From a virus (lineage: Duplodnaviria > Caudoviricetes), in the IMG/VR virus record IMGVR_UViG_3300013767_000206, positions 1-35,031 of that record: a stretch of 35,031 bases of DNA, one strand, 5' to 3'. Positions 25,569 to 33,988 of the stretch are shown here, piece after piece. A program made the position numbers and the translations under genes. Position 1 is the stretch's first letter. Each line of letters starts with the position of its first letter. The notes under the pieces were generated by a model, which worked only from the letters and a program-made list of their open reading frames with translations, did not search any database and had not been told where the DNA came from.

Positions 25569-26012
25569 TCAGCGTGCGAGGTGTGCGATTACCACGTCGC
25601 CGACCATCTGCTCGTCCTGCTCGGTGTAGCCCAGCACCTCGCGGCGGGTGTACTGCACTTCCGGCCCACCTGGGCGGACCCGGTCGCGCAGGCCGTACTG
25701 GTGCACGCGGGCGATGCGCTCGACGCGACCAGCGAAGCCGACCACGGCGGCGCTGTCGGTGACGGTGGTACGCAGAAACTTGGTGGTGCACAGCTTGGCA
25801 AACATCTTGCCCCGGCGCAGCTTGCCAACCTTCTGGCGCAGGCGCGGCGCGTAAGCGCTGCCGTCCGGGTTCTGCTGGGCGGCGATGCGCTTTTTCTGGC
25901 TGTCACCCAGGCGACGGGCGATGTCGCGGGCGAGCTGACGGCGCGCGGCCGGAGTCAGGTTGTGCAGCAGGCCGTCAGCCCACTGGTGCAAGCGCTTCAG
26001 GTCGTCGGCCAT
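25569..26012 (-). CDS. gpS: Tail completion protein S
   Basis: QQNPDGSAYAPR, IARVHQYG, REVLG. Confidence 0.93.
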   Translation of the reverse strand: MADDLKRLHQWADGLLHNLTPAARRQLARDIARRLGDSQKKRIAAQQNPDGSAYAPRLRQKVGKLRRGKMFAKLCTTKFLRTTVTDSAAVVGFAGRVERIARVHQYGLRDRVRPGGPEVQYTRREVLGYTEQDEQMVGDVVIAHLAR

Positions 26013-26476
26013 ACCTGTTTCCCGTTCTCGATGACAACGAGTTCCCAGTCCTGGCCGGCATAGGGGTCGAGTGGTGGCTCGCCGAAGTGGGTGGCGATCC
26101 AGCGGCCGGGGTTGGCTGGGTCGGCCTGGACGCCTACGCGCTCGGTGAGCTGTAGGGTGATCTCGATGTCGACCTCGGTGTGACTGATGATGTCGACCTG
26201 AAAATGCAGCCCTTCCTCTTGCAGCTTGTCATTGAGCAGCAGCTCGGGTTGATGCTCGCGAAGCCATTCCATCAGCGTGATGAACAGCACGTCCGGGTGG
26301 TCGCTGTACTGGATGATCAACACCTTGAGCTGGTAGCGGTATTCGAACGATCGCGAGGCGGTGCCGGTGGCGACAGGGCGGCCGCGCTCGATGTACATCT
26401 TGAGCTTGTCCGGGTTGTCGCGCAGATCGGGCAACGCCGCCTCGATGGCGGCGCGTAGGTGGGCGGGCTTGTTCAT
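25997..26476 (-). CDS. gpR: Tail completion protein R
   Basis: KP..LR, NPDKL, SFEYRY, LTERV. Confidence 0.93.
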   Translation of the reverse strand: MNKPAHLRAAIEAALPDLRDNPDKLKMYIERGRPVATGTASRSFEYRYQLKVLIIQYSDHPDVLFITLMEWLREHQPELLLNDKLQEEGLHFQVDIISHTEVDIEITLQLTERVGVQADPANPGRWIATHFGEPPLDPYAGQDWELVVIENGKQVWPTT

Positions 26477-26673
26477 CGTTCGGCCAACGTCTGGCAGGCG
26501 ATGCAGCGGGTGCAGCCAGCCACGGCGCGGCGGCGGGCCTCGGGGATGTCGTCGCCGCAGTCCTCGCAGTGGTGCAGGCTGGCGCCGACGCTGCGGCCGG
26601 CGGCGTGGCGTGCGAGCGCTTCGGCGCGCTGGCGCTGCTCCAGCTCTTGGGCGCGATCGTAGATGTCGGTCAT
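26473..26673 (-). CDS. TraR/DksA C4 zinc-finger protein
   Basis: MTDIYDRA (DxxDxA), CEDCGDDIPEARR...CTRCIACQ. Confidence 0.9.
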   Translation of the reverse strand: MTDIYDRAQELEQRQRAEALARHAAGRSVGASLHHCEDCGDDIPEARRRAVAGCTRCIACQTLAER

Positions 26674-26948
26674 AGGGCTTGGCTCGCGGTTCGTTGCTGG
26701 CAATGGTGGAGGGTGTCGACCTTGGCGGCGCAGGCCTCCAGCGCTTGGCGGTTATCGATCAGGCTTTGCGCCAGCGTCCGGTTGGTTGTCGGCCTGGTTG
26801 TCGGCAAGCGGCAGCTCGGTGGCGCTGGGCAGGCTTGGACGATCCTCGGCAACGGGGCCGGTGCCGGCTTGGTCGGTGTAGTCGAGCAGGCTGGCAACAG
26901 CAGCGGGCAGGCTAGTGTCGCCCCAAGACCGAGCAGCTTCATCTTCAT
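26670..26948 (-). CDS. lysC: o-spanin lipoprotein (LysC/Rz1-like)
   Basis: Lipobox LPAC, Pro-rich, CP...C, CAAKVD; overlaps the i-spanin 3' end. Confidence 0.85.
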   Translation of the reverse strand: MKMKLLGLGATLACPLLLPACSTTPTKPAPAPLPRIVQACPAPPSCRLPTTRPTTNRTLAQSLIDNRQALEACAAKVDTLHHCQQRTASQAL

Positions 26949-27255
26949 GGGTGGTGGCTTCCAGTTGCACGGCCCTGGCCGTGGCGTTGCGGGATATGTC
27001 GTCCAGGCGCTGCTGCAGCTGGTCTCGGTCTGAGATCAATCCGGCGCTGAGCTTCAGGACGTCGTTGAGGGTGGCTGTGGTCTGCTGCAGTTGCTCGGCC
27101 GACCACTCACGCTGTTGCTCGGCGGCTTCGGCCTGATAGTTGGCTTCGGCCAACTGCCGCTTGTAGTCGCTGAATGTCCAGCCGATGCAGGCCGATGCAG
27201 CCCACAGCAGCACGGTGGGGAGGTTGTTCCAGAGCAAGGAGAGGAAGCGCCTCAT
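26752..27255 (-). CDS. lysB: i-spanin (LysB/Rz-like)
   Basis: N-terminal TM, coiled coil, W.DT.LP.AV motif. Confidence 0.85.
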   Translation of the reverse strand: MRRFLSLLWNNLPTVLLWAASACIGWTFSDYKRQLAEANYQAEAAEQQREWSAEQLQQTTATLNDVLKLSAGLISDRDQLQQRLDDISRNATARAVQLEATTHEDEAARSWGDTSLPAAVASLLDYTDQAGTGPVAEDRPSLPSATELPLADNQADNQPDAGAKPDR

Positions 27256-28046
27256 GCGGCCATCCTCGCGAAGCGCGCATCGGCGCGTTCTAGCTTCACA
27301 TCGTAGAAGTTTTCCTTGTAGCGCGGCCCGTTGTAGAGGCGCGCGAACGTGGCCCAGCGGCCTTCGCGTAGCGCGCGCAGCATCATCGGGTTGGCCAGCA
27401 GGAAGCGCACGAAGGCGTCGAGGTGCTGACCCTCGTCTTGACCCATGCGTTCGGCGAACTCGTCGACGCTGGCATAGCCGAGTTTGTCCCAGTGGTAGCC
27501 CATGATCTGGAAACGGCCCCAGCTGGCCGATTCCAGCGCGGCGGTGCGATTGATGGTGCAGGCGCTGTTGAGGCGAGCCCATTCGGCCGTGCCGCCAGCG
27601 TAGCCGCCGCGCTGCTGGTTGATCAGTGCCGGATAGCGGGCGGCCAGTACCTTGACGTCCTGGCCGGCGGCGGCGAGCTGCCGGTAGAACACATGGCGCT
27701 CGAACAGCACCGCCGGCCGACCGTTGGCCAGGAAGCCGTGCCCAGTGGTCTCTACCTCGCAGACGGCCCGGATGCGCGAGGCGGGCAGGTTGAGCTGCTT
27801 GGCGGCGGCGCGAATGTCTAGTTCGGTCAACGAGCGCGCATTGCGCTGACCGGCGCGCAGGGCGTCGATGGTGTGCTTGCCGACCTTGCCGTCGATGAAG
27901 AGCCCGGCCTTCTTCTGGTAGGCGGCGACCGCCTTGGCGGTGGCCTGGCCGAAGTCGCCGTCATCCTTGAGCTTGAAGCCGGCCGCCGTCAGCAGCCGCT
28001 GAAGCTCGGCGACGTCCTGCCCCTTGCTGCCGATTGTCAGAACCAT
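27252..28046 (-). CDS. Modular endolysin: peptidoglycan-binding domain + N-acetylmuramidase (DUF3380-type)
   Basis: GSKGQDVAELQ..DGDFG..T, VE..G.GF, LFERHVF, SASWGRFQIMG, YNGP. Confidence 0.92.
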   Translation of the reverse strand: MVLTIGSKGQDVAELQRLLTAAGFKLKDDGDFGQATAKAVAAYQKKAGLFIDGKVGKHTIDALRAGQRNARSLTELDIRAAAKQLNLPASRIRAVCEVETTGHGFLANGRPAVLFERHVFYRQLAAAGQDVKVLAARYPALINQQRGGYAGGTAEWARLNSACTINRTAALESASWGRFQIMGYHWDKLGYASVDEFAERMGQDEGQHLDAFVRFLLANPMMLRALREGRWATFARLYNGPRYKENFYDVKLERADARFARMAA

Positions 28047-28360
28047 CGGGTTTTCCTCAACAGGTGGGTGAACGGGTGATCGGGGTCTTGCTCGCGGCCC
28101 CGGAACAGCTCGACGACATTGCCGCGCACCGCGAGCAAGGCGGCGCACAGTACGGCGAGCAGCACCAGGCGGAACGGGTCGGCCGGCGGCAGTTGGCCGA
28201 ACATCAGCAAGATGGCCGCGATGCCGGCGGCGACTGCGATCAGGTAGGCGAGTAGGGCGGCATAGGGGCGGTGATCAGCACCGCGTCGCTGGAACAGCAC
28301 GACGCGGCCGACGATGGCACCCAGCAGCGACAGCTCGAACAGGGTCGGCAGGGCGATCAT
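28037..28360 (-). CDS. Putative holin (3 TM)
   Basis: Three hydrophobic helices, RGNV motif, directly before the lysin. Confidence 0.8.
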   Translation of the reverse strand: MIALPTLFELSLLGAIVGRVVLFQRRGADHRPYAALLAYLIAVAAGIAAILLMFGQLPPADPFRLVLLAVLCAALLAVRGNVVELFRGREQDPDHPFTHLLRKTRWF

Positions 28361-28734
28361 TTGCGCTCCCCCTTGAGCCGATCCAGCCAGCCGCCGCCAT
28401 CACGGCCGGCGCGCTCGATCAGCAGCAACAGCAGGTTTACGGCTACGGCGGCGGCGATCAGGGCGCCAACCTCGACCTCGACACGGATCACGCCGCCAGT
28501 AACGGCGGTCAAGGTGTCGGCAGCCAGCCGCCGGCCGACCAAGCCAGCGATGAACGAGGCGCAGCCGTAGCCGAGTTTTTTCCAGAGGTTCAGCTCGCTA
28601 CTGGCGAGCACGAAGACGACCGCGCCGGCAAAGGCGGCTGCGACGACGCCGGCCTGCGGCCCGGACAGGATGGACAGCAGCGTCACGGCGCCGACGGCGC
28701 CGGCGGCGGCACTGCTGGTAACAGGTTCAGCCAT
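28357..28734 (-). CDS. Putative holin/antiholin
   Basis: MAEPVTSS start, AFAGAVVFV, several TM segments. Confidence 0.8.
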   Translation of the reverse strand: MAEPVTSSAAAGAVGAVTLLSILSGPQAGVVAAAFAGAVVFVLASSELNLWKKLGYGCASFIAGLVGRRLAADTLTAVTGGVIRVEVEVGALIAAAVAVNLLLLLIERAGRDGGGWLDRLKGERK

Positions 28735-28737
28735 GGT

Positions 28738-28944
28738 TCAGTCCCACAGTTTGACCATCCGCGCGGGCGGCGGGGTCGGGGTTAGGTCGGGCAGGTCGAC
28801 GGGGGTGCCGTGCGGCAAGATGGCGCCGAAGTCGGCGAGCCCTGGGTTGGCGGCGAGCACCGCTTCGGTGACGCCGGCGGTACGGCCGTAGTGGCGCCAG
28901 CACAGCGCGTCGACGGTGTCGCCCTGGTGAGCGATGACGCGCAT
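28738..28944 (-). CDS. gpX: Tail protein X
   Basis: QGDTVDALCWRHYG, ANPGLA, LPHGT, LWD. Confidence 0.94.
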   Translation of the reverse strand: MRVIAHQGDTVDALCWRHYGRTAGVTEAVLAANPGLADFGAILPHGTPVDLPDLTPTPPPARMVKLWD

Positions 28945-29411
28945 CAGATCAGCTCGACGGTGGTCCGGCGCACTCCGAGGATGTCGCGCACCGCCCAGGC
29001 CGCATCGCGTCGAAGGTCGTCGATGGGGGATTCGAGCAGGTCGGCTCGCTTGTGCCCCTCGGCCGTCGCATCCATATCGCGGTAGCGTTCGACCAAGCTC
29101 GCCTTGGTGGTGCAGTACACGGCGCGCAGGTAACGGGCCACCAGCTCGCTGGCGCCGTCGATCTGCTCGGCCGGCACGGTGTCGAGCGTGGTGTAGCCAG
29201 TGGTCTGCTGCGTTTGGCGCCAATCGCGCAACTCGCGGTTGGTCGCTGCAATGGCCTCGACGATGGCGTGATGCAGTCGTGGAGCGGTGACGGTCTCGTC
29301 GATCCGCATGGCGGCGCGCACGTCGGACGGCTTGATGTCAGGGAAAAACCCGCTGTTGCTGACGACCGGTTCCGGTGAGGTCTGCGCGTTCGAGGTGCTG
29401 GGATAGATCAT
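28944..29411 (-). CDS. gpL: Head completion protein L
   Basis: GFFPDI, YLRAVY, ERYRD.D.T, TVELI. Confidence 0.93.
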   Translation of the reverse strand: MIYPSTSNAQTSPEPVVSNSGFFPDIKPSDVRAAMRIDETVTAPRLHHAIVEAIAATNRELRDWRQTQQTTGYTTLDTVPAEQIDGASELVARYLRAVYCTTKASLVERYRDMDATAEGHKRADLLESPIDDLRRDAAWAVRDILGVRRTTVELI

Positions 29412-29504
29412 GGGTGCGGCTCCGGTTGGGGGCGGTGGAGGGGGCTTTGATCAGCCAGGCTGTCGCCGCCCCCTGCCGCCCTGGTGCGCGGGGTACGCTC
29501 GGTG

Positions 29505-30179
29505 TCAGCTACCGCCCGATTGGCCGGCGCTGTCGTTCTTGATGGTCTTCTGAATCCGCTCGATGTCCTTCACCACGCCGACCTTGTCGTGCAACTGTTT
29601 GGCGCGGGTGAGTTGAGCGAGCGCGGCCGATGGGTTGATTGCTTCGAGCAAGAGGCCGAGTTCCTTGTAGAGCTTGGCGCGGACCTCGTCGGGCATGTCC
29701 TGGTCGTCGGTGAGGTCGATCGCGCGTTGCAGCTGCTCCAGATCGAAGCCAGCCTTGCCGTCCCGGGCGCGTTTGGCGGCGTCCGCCAGTTCCTCGGCAA
29801 TGACGGTCGGTGCGGTACGCGCGAAGCGATCCGGCATGGTGAGCTTGTGGCGGATGGCGTAGTCGGCGATGTCGAGTGCGCTGGCATACTCGCCGGCATC
29901 GATGCGCCACAGCATCACGACCATCAGCACGTCATCCTTGCCGCCATTGCCGGCGGCGAGCACGCCATCGACCCAGGGGGCGTAGTCAGGCAGCAACTTG
30001 CGCTTGATGTCGGCGCGGGTCTCCATGGACTGGATGCCCTTGAGGCGGCGGTTGTCCTCGGCGAGTTTGAGCAGCATCAGGTCGTATTCGGTGCAGCCCA
30101 TCGGCCGCCCCGGTGCCGCCGAGGCGGCGGCCTCGGCGGCTTTGACCCGCTGGAAGTGGGCGCGGGCGGGACTGACCAT
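29505..30179 (-). CDS. gpM: Terminase small/endonuclease subunit M
   Basis: SPARAH, LKGIQS, WRIDAG, DMPDEVRAKL, GVVKDIER. Confidence 0.94.
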   Translation of the reverse strand: MVSPARAHFQRVKAAEAAASAAPGRPMGCTEYDLMLLKLAEDNRRLKGIQSMETRADIKRKLLPDYAPWVDGVLAAGNGGKDDVLMVVMLWRIDAGEYASALDIADYAIRHKLTMPDRFARTAPTVIAEELADAAKRARDGKAGFDLEQLQRAIDLTDDQDMPDEVRAKLYKELGLLLEAINPSAALAQLTRAKQLHDKVGVVKDIERIQKTIKNDSAGQSGGS

Positions 30180-31213
30180 TACGCGGCTTCCTCGACCAAC
30201 TCGATGTTCTCCACCAGGCATCCGGCCTCGTAGACCTCGACGACGTAGTCCTCGTTGCTGGACTGATAGTCGGCGATCCAGTTGTAATCCGGCTCGTCGC
30301 GCAGATGGCGGCGACGGGCACCGGTCTGGTAGTAGATCGACAAGTTGGACAGCGGGGTGATCAGCATGGTGTTGGCCGGGAAGTACGGCACGCGCACCGC
30401 CGGCAGGTTGCCGATGGTTTTCTGCGACACGATGATGTCAGTGGCGAGTTCTTCGCTGGATGGCTGATCTTTGTTGATCTTCGGGAAGTACTTTTCGCTG
30501 AGCAGGTCGCGACCGACGATGACAACCAGATCGGTACTTTCGGCGAACACCTCGTGAATCAGGCCGTTGACGGCGTCGAACACCAGGGCGTCGAGGTTCT
30601 TGTAGCCCTTGGCCGTCGGCACGTTCTTGCCGATCAGTACTTTGTCGGAGTCTTTTTCGACCTCGTGCATGACACGGGCAGGCGCTTCTTCGCGGTACTT
30701 CTGCAGCCAACCCTTGTTCACGTCCTGCAGCAGCGGATTGGCATCGCGATCGGTGTCCTCGGCGATGCTGATGCCATTCCAGCCGATCATGATGCGGTCC
30801 AGCGCCTGCTGGGTGGCGATGGCGTTGGTCAGGCGGCTCTGGAAGTCGGGGAACTTGGCCCACTGATCGAGCTGAACGTAGGGGATGGCCGTGTCGAAGT
30901 CAGTCTTCTGGCATTTGTAGCCGCCCTTGCTGAAGTCGGCCAGGCTACGCGGCCAGCGCTTCTTGTTCGGGCCGGTCTTGGTGCGGCCGGCCGAGGTGCC
31001 GAGTACGCCAAGGCCGACTTTCTCACCTTCCTTCTCGTCGACCGGGACCATGTTGATCTTCTGCAGGAAGGCGCTCGACAGCTGGATGCGGTCTTCCAGC
31101 TTCTGTTGCACGGACGGCTCGACGGTAAAGGTGTGAACGGCCGAGTCCACACCGTTGAGTTTTGCCACCTGGGTGGCGAACGCGTTGAAACGCGGGCGGG
31201 TCGTGTTTTTCAT
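30179..31213 (-). CDS. gpN: Major capsid protein N
   Basis: FTVEPSVQQKLE, ALDRIMIGWNG, NPLLQDVNKGWLQ, SSNEDYVVE. Confidence 0.97.
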   Translation of the reverse strand: MKNTTRPRFNAFATQVAKLNGVDSAVHTFTVEPSVQQKLEDRIQLSSAFLQKINMVPVDEKEGEKVGLGVLGTSAGRTKTGPNKKRWPRSLADFSKGGYKCQKTDFDTAIPYVQLDQWAKFPDFQSRLTNAIATQQALDRIMIGWNGISIAEDTDRDANPLLQDVNKGWLQKYREEAPARVMHEVEKDSDKVLIGKNVPTAKGYKNLDALVFDAVNGLIHEVFAESTDLVVIVGRDLLSEKYFPKINKDQPSSEELATDIIVSQKTIGNLPAVRVPYFPANTMLITPLSNLSIYYQTGARRRHLRDEPDYNWIADYQSSNEDYVVEVYEAGCLVENIELVEEAA

Positions 31214-31241
31214 GGATGGGCAGTCTCTTGGTGATGGCGGG

Positions 31242-32063
31242 TTAGCAGTCGGTTACGGTCTCGCCGGTGCTACCGCCCGGCGTGCGATCGCGCGGCTGAC
31301 GCTGCGGCTCTTGGCTGAGCGTCTGCACCAGTTCGTCGTGGGCGGCGCTGAGCTGGTCGACCTTGTCCTGCAAGGGCTTGAGGCTGGGGGCTTGGGGTAG
31401 GGCGGCGAACTGTTCGAGCAGTTGCTTCTGGGTGTCGGCGATGACCTCGATCGCGCCTCGCAGCTCGGCGGTGTCGGCGGCGGTGGCTTTGCTCGCCGAG
31501 CTGAACATGGTTTTGATCTTGTCGCTGAAGCCTTCCAGCAGCGACTGGCCCTTGTTCTCCTCTTCCAATTCGAGGGAGAACTCGACGGCCTCCGAGAAAA
31601 GGTTCGCCGGGTCGGTCTTGCGCTTGGCGAGCGGGCTGGACTTGGCCGTGGCACTGAACTGCAGCATTTCGGTGCCGAGGCTGGCCGGATCGTCGGTGAC
31701 GGCCAAGCCGATGAGATATGCCTCGCCGCTGCCGGCGAAGTCGGGATTGATCTCGCAGGACGTGTAGACCTTCTGGCGGTCTTTGGTGGTCATCTTGACC
31801 AGCTCATCGGTGGGGTCGATGACCGCGAACAGCGCCAACTTGCCGTCTTCGACCTTTTCGGCCGTCAGGCTGAGCACGTCACCATAGCGGCGGAACGGGC
31901 CATCGGGGTTGATGCCCTTGATGTGCTCCAAGTTGATGCGGGCGCCAAACTTCTGCGGGTCGTAGCTCTTGGCCATCTGCTCGATCCACATGCGTTCGAT
32001 GACACGGCCGTCGGTGGTAGCGCCTTCAGTGGCGATGCGGAATTTCTTGGACTTGCCAGCCAT
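31242..32063 (-). CDS. gpO: Capsid scaffolding/protease O
   Basis: FRIATEGATTDGR, INLEH, YL.GLAVTDDPASLGTE, terminal TDC. Confidence 0.95.
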   Translation of the reverse strand: MAGKSKKFRIATEGATTDGRVIERMWIEQMAKSYDPQKFGARINLEHIKGINPDGPFRRYGDVLSLTAEKVEDGKLALFAVIDPTDELVKMTTKDRQKVYTSCEINPDFAGSGEAYLIGLAVTDDPASLGTEMLQFSATAKSSPLAKRKTDPANLFSEAVEFSLELEEENKGQSLLEGFSDKIKTMFSSASKATAADTAELRGAIEVIADTQKQLLEQFAALPQAPSLKPLQDKVDQLSAAHDELVQTLSQEPQRQPRDRTPGGSTGETVTDC

Positions 32064-32153
32064 TTCGGATCCTTTTTCGGGGTTGCCTGGGGCGACTCGG
32101 GGTGCAATGTCGCCCATGCTGAAACCCTGATAGGGCGCGGTCGAGCGCTGGCT

Positions 32154-32176
32154 GTTGTGCCGGTTTCTGGCACAAA
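32154..32176. promoter_or_regulatory. Ogr-type inverted repeat between divergent O and P promoters
   Basis: GTTGTG-ccggtttctgg-CACAAA. Confidence 0.78.
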
Positions 32177-32221
32177 CCCGGCCGCGAGGCGTGACGAGAG
32201 TGGCGCGGCAGACTGGCGGAC

Positions 32222-33988
32222 ATGACTGCAGCCACCCTCTCTATATCGCCCGACCTAGATCCGCGACGCGCTGCGCGCGCCCTGTACTGGCAGGGCCTGC
32301 GTATCGCCCGCATCGCCGAGCAACTGGGCGTCAAAGCCACGACCATTCACAGCTGGAAGCGACGCGACGGCTGGGATGAGTCCGACCACGCCGAGCGCAT
32401 CGCCACCACGCTGGAATCGAGGCTGATCCAGTTGATCCAGATGCCCAACAAGGGCAACTCCGAGTACAAGGAAATCGATGCGCTTGGCCGACAGGTCGAG
32501 CGCATGGCACGGGTCGGCAAGTATCAGCAGACCGGCCGCGAGGTGGATCTGAATCCGGCGATCGCCAACCGGAATGCCGCACCGAAGCGCCAGCCCGAGA
32601 AGAACGCGATCAGCGAGGAGCAGCAGCGCAAGCTGGAGGAGGCGTTCCTCGACCGGATGTTTGGCTACCAGAAGTCGTGGTTCCGGGCTGGCTTGGTCGA
32701 ACGGATCCGTAACATCCTGAAGTCGCGCCAGATCGGCGCGACCTACTATTTCGCCCACGAAGCATTCATCGACGCGCTGAAGACCGGGCGCAATCAGATT
32801 TTCCTGTCTGCATCGAAGGCGCAGGCGTTCCAGTTCCGCAGCTACATCGTCGACTTCGCCAAGGAGGTGGCCGACGTCGAGCTGAAAGGCGAGGTGATCA
32901 AGCTGCCGAATGCGGCGGAGCTGATGTTCATCGGCACCAACAGCCGCACCGCACAGGGGCGGCACGGCAACCTGTACGTGGACGAGTATTTCTGGATTCC
33001 GCGCTACCGTGAGCTGCGCAAGCTGGCCAGTGGCATGGCGTCTCAGAAGCAATACCGGATGACGTACTTCTCGACCCCGTCCGCGATGAGCCATGAGGCT
33101 TACCCGGTCTGGACCGGGGAGGCGTTCAACAAGGGGCGGCCGAAAGCCGAACACATCCGGTTGGACGTGAGCCACGAGGCGCTGTCCGCCGGCCTGCATT
33201 GTCCGGATGGCCAGTGGCGCCAGATCGTGACGATCCTGGACGCGCTTGCCGGCGGCTGCGACCTGTTCGACCTGGATCAGCTGCGCCTGGAGTACATCCC
33301 CGAGGAGTTCGCGCAGCTGTTCCTATGCCAGTTCATCGATGACGGTGACTCGGTGTTCGGCTTCTCGCTGATGCAGAGCGCGATGGTCGACAGCTGGGAG
33401 GTGTGGGAGGACTGGAAGCCGTTCACGGCACGGCCGTTTGGCAACCGACCGGTGTGGCTGGGCTACGATCCGTCGAACGGTGGCGACAAGGCGGCGCTGG
33501 TGGTGCTGGCGCCGCCGACCGTACCTGGTGGCCGGTTCCGCATCCTGGAGCGGATCCAGTTTCACGGCTCCGACTACGAGGGCCAGGCCAAGGTAATCCT
33601 CGATACCTGCGCCCGCTTCAACGTGACCTACATCGGCATGGACGTGACCGGCCTTGGCTCGGCGGTCAATCAGCTGGTGCAGCGTGTGCGCCCTGACACG
33701 GTGCCGTTCACCTACAACGTCGAGCTGAAAACCAAGATGGTGCTGAAGGCGCTGAACGTGCTGCACCACGGCCGCTTGGAGTACGACGCTGGCCACACCG
33801 ACATCGCCGCGTCGTTCATGGCGATCAAGAAGACCCTGACGCCGAGCGGGCGCCAGGTGACGTATCAGGCGGGCCGATCGGAGGAGGTCAGCCACGCCGA
33901 CATTGCATGGGCAACCATGCATGCCCTCTACAACGAACCGCTGGAGGGGGCGAATGCGGCCAACTCCGGCTTCATGGAGATTTACTGA
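32222..33988 (+). CDS. gpP: Terminase large (ATPase) subunit P
   Basis: LKSRQIGAT, FLSASKAQA, YVDEYFW, STPS, GYDP, HADIAWA. Confidence 0.97.
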   Translation: MTAATLSISPDLDPRRAARALYWQGLRIARIAEQLGVKATTIHSWKRRDGWDESDHAERIATTLESRLIQLIQMPNKGNSEYKEIDALGRQVERMARVGKYQQTGREVDLNPAIANRNAAPKRQPEKNAISEEQQRKLEEAFLDRMFGYQKSWFRAGLVERIRNILKSRQIGATYYFAHEAFIDALKTGRNQIFLSASKAQAFQFRSYIVDFAKEVADVELKGEVIKLPNAAELMFIGTNSRTAQGRHGNLYVDEYFWIPRYRELRKLASGMASQKQYRMTYFSTPSAMSHEAYPVWTGEAFNKGRPKAEHIRLDVSHEALSAGLHCPDGQWRQIVTILDALAGGCDLFDLDQLRLEYIPEEFAQLFLCQFIDDGDSVFGFSLMQSAMVDSWEVWEDWKPFTARPFGNRPVWLGYDPSNGGDKAALVVLAPPTVPGGRFRILERIQFHGSDYEGQAKVILDTCARFNVTYIGMDVTGLGSAVNQLVQRVRPDTVPFTYNVELKTKMVLKALNVLHHGRLEYDAGHTDIAASFMAIKKTLTPSGRQVTYQAGRSEEVSHADIAWATMHALYNEPLEGANAANSGFMEIY

